Of a DNA stretch of 64,000 nucleotides, positions 1 to 13,131 are shown piece after piece. Positions within the stretch are counted from its first letter, which is position 1, and every line of letters starts with the position of its first letter. The stretch spans positions 14,696,001 to 14,760,000 of the forward strand of contig CM075988.1 of the NCBI GenBank assembly GCA_038087875.1, in the 5' to 3' direction. Under the pieces are notes generated by a model that ran no database searches, had not been told where the DNA came from, and was given only the letters and a program-made list of their open reading frames with translations. Both the position numbers and the translations under genes were made by a program. The DNA comes from Malacoraja senta (Eukaryota).

Positions 1-611
1 TGGGGACTGACTAATTTACTCCTCAAAGAACCTCACAAGAAAATGGCAAATATATTAGTCTGGCTTTAGTCATGATTTCAATCTGATTAAGTCCCCAGCA
101 GCACACATTTAGCTGGTCCAGTAAGCCATTCTATTCCCAACACAGTTCAATGCATATTTTACTCAGCACTCAGACACAAATCACTGGCTCTGACACAGAT
201 TTAATGATGAAGTGGTTGCTGCCAACTGCAGCTCTATTGCATGACTTCATACAAAATATTAAATTGTCCTTTTTCATTGCAACCATCCTAATGAAACAAT
301 CAATGAAAACTAAATTTAAAAGCAAGTACCTGGCTTTTTGTATGGAAATTTGTGCGGAATATGTTTGTTCAGAAGACAGCATATTAACTATTTCAAAGAT
401 GATGGCAGCACATTATGGATTATGTGCAGTTTATGGGCCTTGGGGATGAGGTTACTGTACATAACCCATCCATGACTAACCCTGAGAAGGCAGCAAGCTA
501 TCACGCTTCATCTTGGAAGGAGTTCCCAGAGCGTTATAAGGTTGGGTGTTTAGATCTGGTCAAGATGAAGGAACAGCAGAATATTTCCAATTCAAAAGTG
601 TTGTGCTACTT

Positions 612-915
612 AGAGTCATAGAGTCATAAAATGATACAGTGTGGAAACAGGCCCAACAGCCCAACTTGCCCACACCGGCCAACATGTCCCAGCTACACTA
701 TCCCACCTGCTCGTGTTTGGTCCATATCCCTCCAAACCTCTCCTATCCATGTACCTGTCGAACTGTTTCTTAAACGATGGGATTGTCCCAGCCTCAACTA
801 CCTCCTCTGGCAGCTTGTTCCATTAACCCACCACCCTTTGTGTGAAAAAGTTACCCCTCGGATTCCTATTAAATCTTTTCTCCTTCACCTTGAAACTATG
901 TCCTCTGGTCCTCGA
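612..915 (-). mobile_element. CR1 LINE 3' fragment
   Basis: Reverse strand reads as the CR1 ORF2 C-terminus (FFTQRVVG.WNKLPEEVVEAG-like) plus 3' UTR and a (TGACTCTA)n tail; closely similar to 5715-6113. Confidence 0.85.
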
Positions 916-1119
916 TTCGTGATACGTGATAGAGACAAAGAATGTTAACGGTGGAGGACTACATGCCCACCAAGTGGACTCTTTCATCCTGAATGGGATT
1001 GAGCTTCCATGGTAAAAAAAAAAACAATCTCCAGGTGGAACGCAGCAGGTCAGGCAATAACTGTGGAGGAAAACGGAGAGACAACATTTTCAGTTGGGTC
1101 CTTCTTTTTCCTCCACAGA

Positions 1120-1159
1120 TAACCATATAACCATTACAGCACGGAAACAGGCCATCTCG

Positions 1160-1198
<39 letters not shown>

Positions 1199-1386
1199 AG
1201 ATACTTCCCCCTAGTCCCATCTACCTGCACTCAGACCATAACCCTCCATTCCTTTCCCGTCCATATACCCATCCAATCTATTTTTAAAGGATAAAATCGA
1301 ACCAGCCTCCACCACTTCCACTGGAAGCTCATTCCACACAGCTACCACTCTCTGAGTAACGAAGTTCCCCCTAATGTTCCCCCTAA
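1120..1386 (-). mobile_element. CR1 LINE 3' fragment with internal poly-T, inserted in an old Penelope-terminus palindrome
   Basis: ORF 1211..1444(-) contains NFVTQRVVAVWNELPVEVVEAG; the flanks 1030-1119 and 1386-1460 are the two arms of the short Penelope-terminus repeat. Confidence 0.75.
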
Positions 1387-1689
1387 TGCTACCTGACCTG
1401 CTAAGTTGCTCCAGCAGCTTGTTATTTGCCCAAGATTCTAGCATCTGCAGTCTCTTGCATCTTCATTGAGCTTCCTGGGTGTTGTTGGAGAGGTGGACAG
1501 CACTGTAAAATACTTCCAACTCAGTAGCTTGTTAATCATGGAAAGGCTCTTGGATATTATTAAGTGCATCGTTCTCTGCCAGAAACCAGCCTGGCCTTCT
1601 GGTACATTATTTGGTTGCTTCATGTTAAGTTTCTGGCCAATGATGAATCTTAGGGTTTAAAACTTAGCAATGGCAACTTTAGAAACTTA

Positions 1690-1850
1690 GCTTTTACTTT
1701 AGTTTAGAGATACATCGGGGAAACTGGCCCTTCGGCCCACCGTCTGCGCCGACCAGCGATCGCTTTGCGCTACAACTATCCTACACACACGAGGGTCAAT
1801 TGTACATTTTTACCAAGCCAATTAGCATTACTCTACCACTGTGCCTGCCC
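1690..1850 (-). mobile_element. HE1-like SINE, internally deleted
   Basis: Tail (TTTAG)n-AGATACA...GGCCCTTCGGCCCAC shared with the full copy at 21002-21313. Confidence 0.75.
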
Positions 1851-2649
1851 CCTTCCCTGGTTTGTGATTAGATTTTCTTGTTGATAATGAAAGATTTCCA
1901 TTCCCAAAGTATTGGGAAAGGAATAGAAAGTAGCTACAGGTGAAAAGGCATTCATCAACCTTTATTACCCTCCAGAGAACCCGAAGCCTCTCCAAGGCAC
2001 AAAACTGCTTTTCAGTTTAAAGAGGTTTATTGGAGCCAATTCAACATCACAGTAAGATCACAGCTGTTGAAAGTTCAACATCTCATGGAGCTGGATACTC
2101 ACTTACCGTCTAAATGGGATTTGTGTACACATTGGTCATGTCAGGGTCTTCAGATAATTGCTAACAACTTCCTAAATTTATTTTCATTTTGTACCAAGAT
2201 TATCCACAATAATGCCATCAGCTGCATTCAAACAACTAACTGAATAGTTGTTGCCCTTTACAGCCAAATAAATTGATTAGTTATGGTTTGGTAAAATATC
2301 AGAACTTGACAAATCAGGAATTGTGCTCCAATTACTTTTGATCAGTCCCTCTGGGATTAGGTCAATTGCATGACAAAGGGGTCTCGACCCAAAACGTCAC
2401 CCATTCCTCCTCTCCAGAGCTGCTGCCTGTCCAGTTACTGGAGATTTACTCCAGCAGTGTCAATCTTCAAAGAAAAAACAAAATCTTCCATGCTTTTTCT
2501 TTGACAGGTATTTCCTCTGGGATACATCATCCACCTCTTTTCTATTCTCTTTCCATAGTTTTCTCAGTAAGCGATGAGGCCACGTGATGACATGGACCTC
2601 GTCACATCACAGTAAGTGACATCAAACACTCCGTGGAATGAAGAATCAG

Positions 2650-2966
2650 AGAGTCATGGAGTTATATGCAATTTGGAAACAGGTCCTTTGGCCCAAATTG
2701 CCCATTCTGACCGAAGTACCTTACACATCCCACCTGCCTGCGTTTGGCCCATACCTCTCTAAACTTGTTCTATCCACCTCCCTGTCAAAATGATTTTGAA
2801 AAATTCTGACAGTACCTGCCTCAACCAGCTCCTCTGCAATCTTATTCCATATACCCATTACCCTCTGAATGGAATGTTTGCCTCTCAGGTTCCTATTAAA
2901 TGTTTTCCCTCTCATCTTAAACCTACAGTATATCCTCTCATTCTTAATTATCTTACTCTGGGTAAA
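2650..2966 (-). mobile_element. CR1 LINE 3' fragment
   Basis: ORF 2721..3014(-) FNRNLRGKHSIQRVMGIWNKIAEELVEAG matches the CR1 ORF2 C-terminus. Confidence 0.8.
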
Positions 2967-2972
2967 CAACGA

Positions 2973-4330
2973 TAAGGTGAGAGAGGGAGAATGTAATGGA
3001 GATATGCAGGGCAAGTCTTTTTTAACACAGAGGGTTGTGGGGACATGGAATCCATTGCCATGGTGGTGGTGGAGGCAGCTACTATAGTGGCATTTAAAAA
3101 GCCTTTAGATAGGCACATGGATTTGCAAGGAATTGAGGGATATGGATCACTTGCATGTAGATGAGATGGGATCAGCAGGCAGCAAAGAGTAGGAGTAAAC
3201 GGGTCCTTTTCACAATGGCAGGCAGTGACTAGTGGGGTACCGCAAGGCTCAGTGCTGGGACCCCAGCTATTTACAATTTATATTAATGATCTGGACGAGG
3301 GAATTGAAAGCAACATCTCCAAGTTTGCGGATGACACTAAGCTGGGGGGCAGTGTTAGCTGTGAGGAGGATGCTAGGAGACTGCAAGGTGACTTGGATAG
3401 GCTGGGTGAGTGGGCAAATGTTTGGCAGATGCAGTATAATGTGGATAAATGTGAGGTTATCCACTTTGGTGGCAAAAACGGGAAGGCAGACTATTATCTA
3501 AATGGTGGCCGATTAGGAAATGGGGAGGTGCAGCGAGACCTGGGTGTCATGGTACACCAGTCATTGAAAGTAGGCATGCAGGTGCAGCAGGCAGTGAAGA
3601 AAGCGAATGGTATGTTGGCCTTCATAGCAAGAGGATTTGAGTATAGGAGCAGGGAGGTTCTACTGCAGTTGTACAGGGTCTTGGTGAGACCACACCTGGA
3701 GTATTGCGTACAGTTTTGGTCTCCAAATCTGAGGAAGGACATTATAGCCATAGAGGGAGTGCAGAGAAGGTTCACCAGACTGATTCCTGGGATGTCAGGA
3801 CTTTCATATGAAGAAAGACTGGATAGACTTGGCTTATACTCGCTAGAATTTAGGAGATTGAGAGGGGATCTTATAGAAACGTACAAAATTCTTATGGGGT
3901 TGGACAGGCTAGATGCAGGAAGATTGTTCCCGATGTTGGGGAAGTCCAGGACAAGGGGTCACAGCTTAAGGATAAGGGGGAAATCCTTTAAGACCGAGAT
4001 GAGGAAAAACTTTTTCACACAGAGAGTGGTGAATCTCTGGAACTCTCTGCCACAGAGGGTAGTTGAAGCCAGTTCATTGGCTATATTTAAGAGGGAGTTA
4101 GATGTGGCCCTTGTGGCTAAAGGGATCAGGGGGTATGGAGAGAAGGCAGGTACGGGATACTGAGTTGGATGATCAGCCATGATCATATTGAATGGCGGTG
4201 CAGGCTCGAAGGGCCGAATGGCCTACTCCTGCACCTATTTTCTATGTATCTATGTATCTATGTATCATATTAAGCATAAACATTGTGGGCAGAAGGGCCT
4301 GTTCCTGTGCTGTACTGTTCTGTTCTATGT
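2973..4330 (+). mobile_element. Older CR1 3' end (2973-3174 and 4264-4330) split by a younger CR1
   Basis: FLTQRVVGTWNPLP motif; the 3' UTR resumes after the insert (GGGCAGAAGGGCCTGTTCCTGTGCTGTACTGTTC); ATCA lies at both junctions. Confidence 0.7.
3175..4263 (+). mobile_element. Young 5'-truncated CR1 LINE (RT C-half, 3' UTR, (TCTATGTA)n tail)
   Basis: Uninterrupted 312-aa frame 3225..4163 with GVPQGSVLGP, FADDTK, RPHLEYC and FFTQRVV motifs; short tandem tail. Confidence 0.95.
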
Positions 4331-4339
4331 TAAGGAATA

Positions 4340-5200
4340 TAGTCCTAGCCTACCCTACCTCTTCCTATAGCCCAAGCCCTGAAGTCCTGGCAGCATCCTC
4401 ATGAATCTTGTCTGCACTCTTTCCAGCTTGACAACATCCTTCCTGTAGCAGAGTAACCAAAACTGAACACAATACTCCAAATGCCATCAAGGTGTACAAC
4501 GTCTTGTCCAACTATAACACAGCATCACACTTCTACACTCCATACTCAATGCTCTGGCTGATGAAGACCACAGTACAGAAGGCCTTCTTGACCATCCCTT
4601 CTACCCGTGACACCACTTTCAAGGAACTATGTTTCAAAGGTTTCAAAGGTATTTTATTGTCACGAATACCAATTAAGGTACAATGATATTCGTATTACCA
4701 TACAGCCATACTAAAGAAAAGCAAACAGACACACAACTACATAAAATTAACATAAACATCTATCACAGCGGATTCCCCACATTCCACACTGTGATGGAAG
4801 GCAATAAAGTCTAATCTCCTTCCCCCTTTTTTCTCCCATGGTCGGGGCAGTCGAACCATCTGTCGGGGCGATTGTAGCTCCCGCAGACAGAGATTGAAGC
4901 TCCCGAGTTGGGACGAACGAAGCTCCCGCATCGGGGCCTTCGAAGCCCCCATGTCGGGTATGTATATCCCTGGATCCCTCTGCTCTACAACACTCCCCAT
5001 TCACTGTGAAGGACCTGCTCTTGTTTGACTTCCCAAAAGGCAACACCTCACACTTATCTGCATTAAACTCCATTAACCAATCCTCAGTCCACCTGCCCAC
5101 CAGATCAGGATCCTGCTGTAATTTTTGATAAACTTTTTTCGCTTTCCATGATCCAACGACTTTAATGTCATCAGTGCCATCTGCAAACTTAGTCAGAACA
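4340..5200 (-). mobile_element. Degenerate CR1 RT fragment interrupted by a GC-rich retroposon
   Basis: ORF 4747..5352(-) includes TKFADGT...WLMEFNADKCEVLPFGKSN. Confidence 0.8.
4633..4958 (-). mobile_element. GC-rich non-coding retroposon family, 5'-truncated copy
   Basis: Similar to 25378-25760, 30209-30972, 48880-49332 and 57856-58711; AATAAA plus tandem tail; TATGT TSD at 4628-4632 and 4959-4963. Confidence 0.8.
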
Positions 5201-5714
5201 AGGATTTCCAGTCCACTGCTCCAGAATCCAGTCTTCATGGGCGCATTTTCATCATGAGAAAATGGTGAAGCCAAATCATCTACAATAACAACTGGACATG
5301 GACATAAACTCACAAAAGAGTTAATTGAAGGTGACACTGAAAGATCAAGCAAATGGGATTAATTGTAAAGCCCTTTCACTGATGAGTCAAATGATTCATC
5401 AGTAAAAGCTACTATTTGCGTCTCTTCATGACCCATTGCACAAGTTGGCAGGAGTTCATTATCCCACACACACTTCAGTGGAATAATTTTATAAACTTCA
5501 TGTAACAAACCATAAGTTTTGTCATTCTTCGCTAAAAAATGAAGGGCTGCTGGTAATGTGCATTCATTTGTTGATGTGCAGCTGGCCTACAAACATTTTG
5601 ATCTAAAGCCCAACGCAACATATATGTGCACAGCGTCATCTGTGGACATGGATGAAAGTTCTGGAAGTGACATTCCTATGAGTGTCGAGCACCATTAGAT
5701 GCTTCTGACTAAAT

Positions 5715-6113
5715 CCAGGTTCCTCGGAGCACAGGAGGATGAGGAATGATCTTATGGAAATGTATAAAATCATGAGAGAAATAGATTGGGTAGATGTACA
5801 ATCTCTTGCCCAGAGTGGGGTAATCGAGTACATAGGTTCAAGGTGAAGGGGAAAAGATTTAATAGGAATCTGAGGGCTAACTTTTTCACACAAAGGGTGG
5901 TTGGTGTATGGAACAAGTTGCCAGAGGAGGTAGTTGAGGCTGGGACTTTCCCCACGTTGAAGAAACAGTTAGACAGGTACATGGATTGGAGAGGTTTGGA
6001 GGGATATGGACGAATCTCAGGTAGGTGGGACAAGTGTAGCTGGAACATGTTAGACGTGTGTGGGCAAGTTGGGCCAAAGGGCCTATTTCCAAACTGTATC
6101 ACTCTATGACTCT
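5715..6113 (+). mobile_element. CR1 LINE 3' fragment
   Basis: ORF 5786..6109 RFNRNLRANFFTQRVVGVWNKLPEEVVEAG; tail ACTCTATGACTCTA. Confidence 0.88.
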
Positions 6114-6151
6114 AGCTGTCAGTGTCTCAGATCCATTGACCATGAAACTTA

Positions 6152-6246
6152 TAAACACAAAATGCTGGAGTAACTCAGCAAGTCAAGCAGCATCTCTGGA
6201 GACAAGGAATAGGTGACGTTTCGGGTCGAAACGTCACCTATTCCTT
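6152..6246. repeat. Penelope-terminus repeat with perfect fold-back
   Basis: 20-bp perfect inverted arms at 6204-6223 and 6227-6246 with a 3-nt loop. Confidence 0.85.
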
Positions 6247-6419
6247 TTCAACGTATCTTTTGTACGTACGATTTCAACGTATCCTTTGTATACAACCCAC
6301 ACGCAAAAGTTTGGAATGGAGGTGAAGTTGAAAAATAAATAAAATGAACAAAATAAATCCCAATGTACAAAATCAAGTTGAAATCAAGAAGCAGATATTG
6401 TTGAAACAGAGTCAATATC

Positions 6420-6820
6420 CTCCACTTTCCACCACCCAGTTTCCTGGTAGGACTTCATTTCCATTCTCTTGATTACTATCTCCATCATATCTGCTCTGAT
6501 GATGAGATTTTTCGCAACAGGATATTTAAGATGCTTTATGTTCTGCGGCTTCCTTTCTACTATACTTGAGAGAGCTCTCCTAATTTCTCAATTTCCTGAC
6601 ATTTATCCAACTCTCCAAGCCATCAGAACAAGGACAGGGCTCCCCATGTCCTCACCTTCTACCCCACCAGTCTTCATAATCAATGTATCATTCTCCATAA
6701 TTTCTGCCAGCATCAGAGATTCCACCACCAGATACATGGGATATGCAGCATCTAACTCTTTCCCTCCTGCGTGTTTTCAACATTTTGTGTGTTTATTTCA
6801 GATTTCCATCATCTGCAGTA
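6420..6820 (+). mobile_element. Old Penelope-like element relic (RT to GIY-YIG linker)
   Basis: Degenerate coding remnants (ICSDDE.F, LTF.PTSL..Q.II, RDSTT); similar to 40830-41100. Confidence 0.55.
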
Positions 6821-6904
6821 GATCATTCCAGGTTACTTTCATTGATTGGGCTCTAGTGACAATATTTGATTAGAGAGAGAGTGCAGACATGTACTAGAAT
6901 GACG

Positions 6905-7410
6905 TGTGTTGGAAGGAACTACAGATGCTGGTTTACCACGAGGATAGACACAAAATGTTGGAGCATCTCAGAGGAACAGGCAGCATCTCTGGAGAGAAGG
7001 AATGGGTGACGTTTTGGGTCGAGACCGTTCTTCAGACTGAGTGTTAGGGGAGGGGCACATAGAGATATGGAAGAGTAAGGTGTGAAAATGACACATCAAA
7101 GGAGACGAAGCTCAAGGAAAATATAGAATAAATCATTATTAGCTGAGTGGAAGGTGAGAACAAGCCATGCGATCAGTAAAATGTAATCAGGAGCACAGTC
7201 AAACTAGTCTGAGAACTAGGATGGGGAGGGTTATAAGTTGGGTTGTAAGCTGCCCAAACGAAATATGAGGTGCTGTTCCTCCAATTTGCATTGGGCCTCA
7301 CTCTGACAGTGGAGGAGGCCCAGGACAGAAAGGTCAGTATGGGAACGGGAGGGGGAGTTAAAGTGTTTAACAACCGGGAGATCACATAGGTCTAGGCAGA
7401 CTGAGCGTAG
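6905..7410 (-). mobile_element. Penelope-like element 3' fragment with terminal repeat
   Basis: 7240-7400 resembles 39285-39450, next to the GIY-YIG frame; 6905-7040 is the terminal repeat. Confidence 0.8.
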
Positions 7411-8203
7411 CTAAAATGACCTTCAGTTACATGGTGACACGTGAGCTTATTCACTCTAGATACAGGGGATTTGAGGGGAGTTTGAGGAGAAGATCAGTAA
7501 CCATTTTATCGAGTAATGAAGGAGAAATTAGTCCATGTTGCTGAAAGGTCAGTAACAACAACGACCACTTTAAGATTATAATCAAACGAACCCTCAGTAA
7601 AATAAGGAGAAAATGTAAAATATTTTATTGTGGTTTAGAATGTAATGCAGGAAAACATGAAAAATATTCATTATCAACTTCAAAGAGAAAATCGGATAGT
7701 TAATTGAATAGGTACAGTAAGATTTGCAGAACTGTTTCCCATAGAAAAACTAGGGGTATGGATGATGTTAGATAATTCTTTCAAAGAGCCAGGACAAGCA
7801 TGATATGCTGAATGGTCTTCTACAGAGCTATATCTCTCTATGATTCTTATATTCAAAGAGACGGGATAGTGGATAGGGTGCCAATGTATCACTTCCTGGA
7901 AATATTTATTGCCCGTCCCCAATTTCACCCATTTTTGCAAACACATACGATTACTCTACCCACAGTCTTATTTTTGGTCATTGCTATTCCTGACCTTTCA
8001 GCAACGTGGACTAATGTCTCCTTCATTACTCGTTAAACTAGTTCCTGATTTTAAACAAAAATACATTACTCTACCCACATCCATTACTGCAAAGTTTAAC
8101 ATTGCTGATAAAGCTTGGATCTTAGAACCGATGTGTTCTTTGCATCTGTTGCTGTTGTATGGCTTGAGAGGTGTGATTGGAGAAGTATTAGGCAAGTAAT
8201 TGC

Positions 8204-8332
8204 TTAAGAAGGAACTACAGATGCTGGAAAAATCAAAGGTAGATAAAAATGCTGGAGAAACTCAGCGGGTGAGGCAGCATCTATGGAGCGAAGGAATAGG
8301 TGACGTTTCGGGTTGAGACCCTTCTTCAGACT
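8204..8332 (-). repeat. Penelope-terminus repeat with hammerhead-like core
   Basis: Minus strand 8329-8302 reads CTGAAGA-A-GGGT-CTCA-ACCC-GAAAC-GTC. Confidence 0.8.
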
Positions 8333-8751
8333 ATTTGCAGTACTTTTTGTAGATGATACCACTTTCCTTCTTCTTTGGTAGTGCCTTGGGATTGAGGATG
8401 ACTCCCTGCACCCTGGTTTTGTGAGTTCTAAGGTAGCTAATGAGGCTGTTAAGGGAATCGCACACATTATTCCACAGATTGTCTATGGAACTGACGAGCT
8501 AAAATGCTGAGAACTATACTCTTGCTATACTTTTCTATACTTTTCCTCTTTGGTCTACCTATTATACTTGAATTTGACTTGACTGTATTTATGTATAATA
8601 ATATCTGATCAGAATGAATAGCATGCAAAACAAAACTTTTCACTGTACCTTGATACACATGATAATAATAAATCTATATCTATAGAGGTTGAACAGGTCA
8701 TGACCCGGAAGGTCACCGATCCATGTTCTCCAGGGATGCTGCTTGACTTCC

Positions 8752-9180
8752 AAACCATGGAACACTATATCACGGAAAAAGGCCCTTCAGCCCAGCTTGC
8801 TCATGCTGACCAAGATGCCCCATCTACACTAGTCATATCTGCCACATTTGGCCTAAATACCTTTTAAACATGTCAATGTACCTGTCTTTTAAATGCTGTT
8901 CTAGTATCTCCCTCAACTACTTCCTCTGGCAGCTCGATCCATTTACCCACCACCCCATGTGTGAAAAGTTGCCCCTCAGATTCTTATTTAATTTCTCCCC
9001 TCTCACCTAAAGCCTTAGTCCTCTGGTTCTTGGTTCCCCAATTCTGGGTAAAAGACTCTGTGAGTCTACCCTATCTATTCCCTTCTTGATTGTATATACC
9101 TCTGTGAGATCACCCCTCATCCTCCTGCACACCAAGGATAAAGTCCTAGCCTGCCCAACCTCTCCCTAGCTCAGGGTGCT
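8752..9180 (-). mobile_element. CR1 LINE 3' fragment
   Basis: Similar to 612-915 and 5715-6113. Confidence 0.8.
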
Positions 9181-9483
9181 CAGGGTCTAATCATTAGCTC
9201 TAATCCAATCACTGGGCCTGAGCCCTCTAACTCCATACCCCAAAACAACAAGGGAACATTTTCACCAAAAGATCTACAGCAATTAAAGAAAGCATTCCAT
9301 CACTACCTCCCACTTGAATGGTCCAACTACACTTCCAGTGAGTGGAGATGTTTCTTTTCTTCAAGGAGACTTTGATCTAAGCTTTCTCAAGGGACAAGAT
9401 TATAAGGCAGGCAGCAATGTTAAACTCTGCTGTAATGGTTGCAGGTAGAGTAACATGAAAATGTTTGTATCAGGGGAATGCTC

Positions 9484-10360
9484 ACTGTTGTTGGACAAAT
9501 CACAGATGGTGATGAGTCAGAGTATAGAAGTGAGATCGACCGATTGACCAAATGGTGCCAGCACAACAACCTGGCTCTCAACATCAGTAAAACCAAGTAA
9601 CTGATTGTGGACTTTGATATGGGAAGGATGAGGACCCACAATCCTGTTTATATCAATGGGACAATGAGGGAGAGGGTCAAAAACTTCAAATACCTGAGCG
9701 TGCATATTTCTGAAGATCTTTCCTGGACCCAGCACACTGATGCAATTATAAAGAAGGCACATCAGCGACTTTACTTCCTGAGGCGATTACGGAGATTTGG
9801 CATGTCAAAGAGGATTCTCCTGAACTTCTACAGGTGCACGGTAGAGAGCATACTGACTGGTTGCATCGTGGCCTGGTTCAGCAACTTGAACGTCCAGGAA
9901 CGGAAAAGAATGCAAAAAGTTGTGACCACAGCCCAGTCCATCACTGGTTTTGACCTCCCCACCGTTGAAGGGATCTATCGAAGTCGCTGCCTCAAAAAGG
10001 CAGCCAACATCATCAAGGACCCACACCGTCCAGGCCACACACTCAGCTCACCATTGCCATCAGGAAGAAGGTTCAGGAGCCTGAAAACTGTAACGTCCAG
10101 GTTCAGGAACAGCTTCTTCCCTACAGCCATCAGGCTATTAAACACAACAACAAATAAGCTCTGAACTGCAACAGACTATAATTATTATTGCACTATATTT
10201 GTCATTTATTGAGTATGTGTGCATGTGTATATATACACACTGAACTTTTTTTCTTCTCCCGTTATGTACGATGTTTACATATTCTGTTGTGCAGCAGCAA
10301 GCAAGAATTTCATTGTCCTATCTGGGACACATGATAATAAAGCACTCTTGACTCTTGATA
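9484..10360 (+). mobile_element. Rex1/Babar-clade LINE, 5'-truncated, with stop codon
   Basis: TVVGQITDGDESEYR...KKAHQRLYFLRRLRRF...FYRCTVESILTGCIVAW...HPGH-like...RFRNSFFPTAIRLLN; TAA at 9598-9600; (CTCTTGA)n tail. Confidence 0.9.
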
Positions 10361-11649
10361 AATGTAAAATGACATTGTTATACTATATTAAATTATTTTA
10401 ATAACTGGAAGTGATTCATTGGTCTAAAGAGGTTTTTTTCCACCATATAATGTTCTCTGTATGCTTAGACTCTCAGCAGGAAAGTATGTGGCTGATTCAA
10501 TTAATTGTGAATATCTTGCTTTAAATAAACTGCTGATTATTTGATTGCAGGAGTCTCCCTGTAATATGCCTTATCCATACTTCATCAGGGCAGAGAGAAG
10601 ATGAATCCAGCAGAGAAACACTTCATAAATTAGAGGCCATTCAGGGGGAGGGTGGGGGTGGGGGGGGGGGGGGGCGTGGATTGTTTCAATAAAATCAAGA
10701 GAGAAGATAACAAGAAATAGTTGAAGGATCATCAGTTGCTCTTTAAAGATCGGAATAATTAGTGGAAATAAAGAAACATATCTACTTTCTCAATCAGAAT
10801 TCACCCAGGATTTGTTAACATTCAATGTTACTTTTCATTTGATGGAAGTTGAAAAGAGAATAGAGAAGATAATTTTTATCAAGTCCTCATCACCTGTATA
10901 AAGTTTTAAAAAATCTTAAAATACCCACTGAGTCAGTGATCCAGAGATTGGCATAGGCTTATTCAGCAGGTGAAGCCGATGTGTCAGAAACTCCCACAGT
11001 GCATTTATTAACACAGCACAAATCTTTACTACATTTGTATGATGCACTGAAGTAGCCACCTTCACACCATGACACACTTCAGAATGTCTTTCTTGCAACA
11101 GAAGGTGACACTAGGAATGAACCACTCCTACAGTGAAAATACTTCTATGTTCAGCAACACTATTTTCTTTTGTCCTGGAACAGCCCAAATTACACGCATC
11201 AGACTGATGTCTCACCAACACCTACAAAAATTTAATCATCATTTGCAACACTCTGTCTTATACAACACTGCTCCGGTGCCCAGCTCTGCTGAGCAGCAAG
11301 CAGCAAGATCTGTGATAAAGTAAATTAATTTTTCATACAGACTGAATTCCAATGACTTTCAAGAAAAAGTATTTAATGAAAAACGTCGCTGCTGGAAATA
11401 ATCAGCAAGTCAGGCAGTGTCGGTGGAGAGAAATACAAAGTTCAGGTCAAGACCTTTTATTAGAATTGGGACAAGATTGCAATAAAATAAATTATAAAGA
11501 TAGTAGCAAGGGGCAAAGGTGAAAGGCATTAGTGGGGGTGAAGACCAGAGAGAAGCAGCAGCAAATTAATTTGAATCCTGTTAAATCCAAGGTCATCCAC
11601 AACATGAGGGTGGTATACACACATAAATAATGAAAAGTAGAGAAGGAAG

Positions 11650-11880
11650 ATCCAAAGTGCTGGAGTAACTCAACGGGTCAGGCAGCATCCCTGGAGAACA
11701 TGGAAAGGTGAAGTTTCGGGGCAGGACCATTCTTCAGACTGATTGCCAATCAGGCTGAAGAAGAGTCCTCACCCTAATTGTCACCTTTCCATGTTCTCCA
11801 GGGATGTTGCCCGACCCACTGAGTTACTCCAGCACTTTGTACCTTCTTTAGTAAACCAGTATCTGCAGTTCCGTGTTTCT
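11650..11880. repeat. Palindromic pair of Penelope-terminus repeats
   Basis: Arms of about 90 bp, inverted about the centre at ~11747. Confidence 0.85.
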
Positions 11881-12044
11881 ACCTTTAAGTTTTAGATGTA
11901 TAAAGCCAAAGTATGTAGGTACTGTACATTTCTAATTATTTTTTATCTGGTCAGAAAAAGTTAACCTAGTTTAACACTGACTTTCTCTCCATGATGTTGT
12001 GTGTCTTTCCATGGTAATCCGGCAGCTGAAGTTCCTTGTTTCTA

Positions 12045-12475
12045 CATAATGAATGGGAGAGCCTAAGGGTGTGTTGAGGAACACAGAAAACCTGGTGTAC
12101 AAATCCATAGATCCCTAAAGTGGTAGCATGTGGAGATAAGCTGGTGAAGGCGGCAAATGGGATGCTTGCGTCCATTAGCTGAGGTATAGGATATAAGGGA
12201 TTGAAGATCATGGCACAAATGAATAAAACTTTGGTTAAGTCACTTTTGGTCATGATTGCACTGGAGTGGGTGCAGAGGTGATTCACCAGAACATTGCCTT
12301 GAATGAACTGTTTCAATTATGAAGAGAGACTGGATAGATTGGGTTTGTTTTTCTTGGAGCAGAGGAGATAGAGGGGATAAAAGAAAAAGGTATACAATAT
12401 TAGGCAGGGCATAGATATGAAAGATATTAGTAAACCTCTTCTCCATAACAGAGGTGCCAATAACCAGAGGCCCCA
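12045..12475 (+). mobile_element. Old CR1 fragment
   Basis: Degenerate KAANGMLA.I..GI.YK...LE.VQR.FTR.LP remnants. Confidence 0.7.
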
Positions 12476-12956
12476 CTTCTGTGATATATGACTCTAGACG
12501 GAATGAGAAAAGTGGTGGATGGCTGGAAAACTAGATATGTGGTGCGGTATAAATTAGAGAGGATGAGAAAAAGCAGAAGACCAGAAAAGAGAGAAGTAAA
12601 AAACCGAATGCTGGAAATGTGAGATTCAAAGCCAATTATGTGAACTTGGTCATTTCATTGTGGTGTTCAAACTGCCAAAGGGAAAAAATTATTTCCCTGG
12701 ATAGGGCAGGGAAGAGAGGTAATACCTCAAGAATTGTTAGGTGTGTTTACAATGGTGGAAGAGGGACTGAGCACATTGATGACAGATTAAACAACTGAGT
12801 CTGAAATTTAAATTGTGTAAATTGTCAATGATCAAGAATTAAGGTGACAATAATTTGAATAATGATTGTAGAACAATGGAATGCTTTACAATGAAATGCA
12901 TTTAAATGATAATTGACGTGATGAAAGAGGAATTAGAGGAAAAACCTCCTTGAACT

Positions 12957-13131
12957 AGGCGGGTGAGGCAGCATCTATGGAGCGAAGGAAATAGGCGATG
13001 TTTCGGGTCGAGACCCTTCCTCAGAAACGTCGCCTATTTCCTTCGCTCCATAGATGCTGCCTCACCCGCTGAGTTTCTCCAGCATTTTTGTCTACCTTCG
13101 ATTTTCTAGCATCTGCAGTTCCTTCTTAAAC
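12957..13131. repeat. Palindromic pair of Penelope-terminus repeats
   Basis: GCGGGTGAGGCAGCATCTATGGAGCGAAGGAAATAGGCGA and its reverse complement lie on either side of ~13015. Confidence 0.88.

Noticed and set aside
3225..4163. 312-aa RT ORF (also 15286..16122 and 9607..10164) as host genes
   Set aside because: These are 5'-truncated LINE ORF2 fragments with LINE tails; the start codons are incidental.
10643..10676. Poly-G/C runs (also ~21948 and ~22694), poly-T at 1164-1194, (TG)n-like tract at 32260-32340
   Set aside because: Simple low-complexity sequence with no supporting context.
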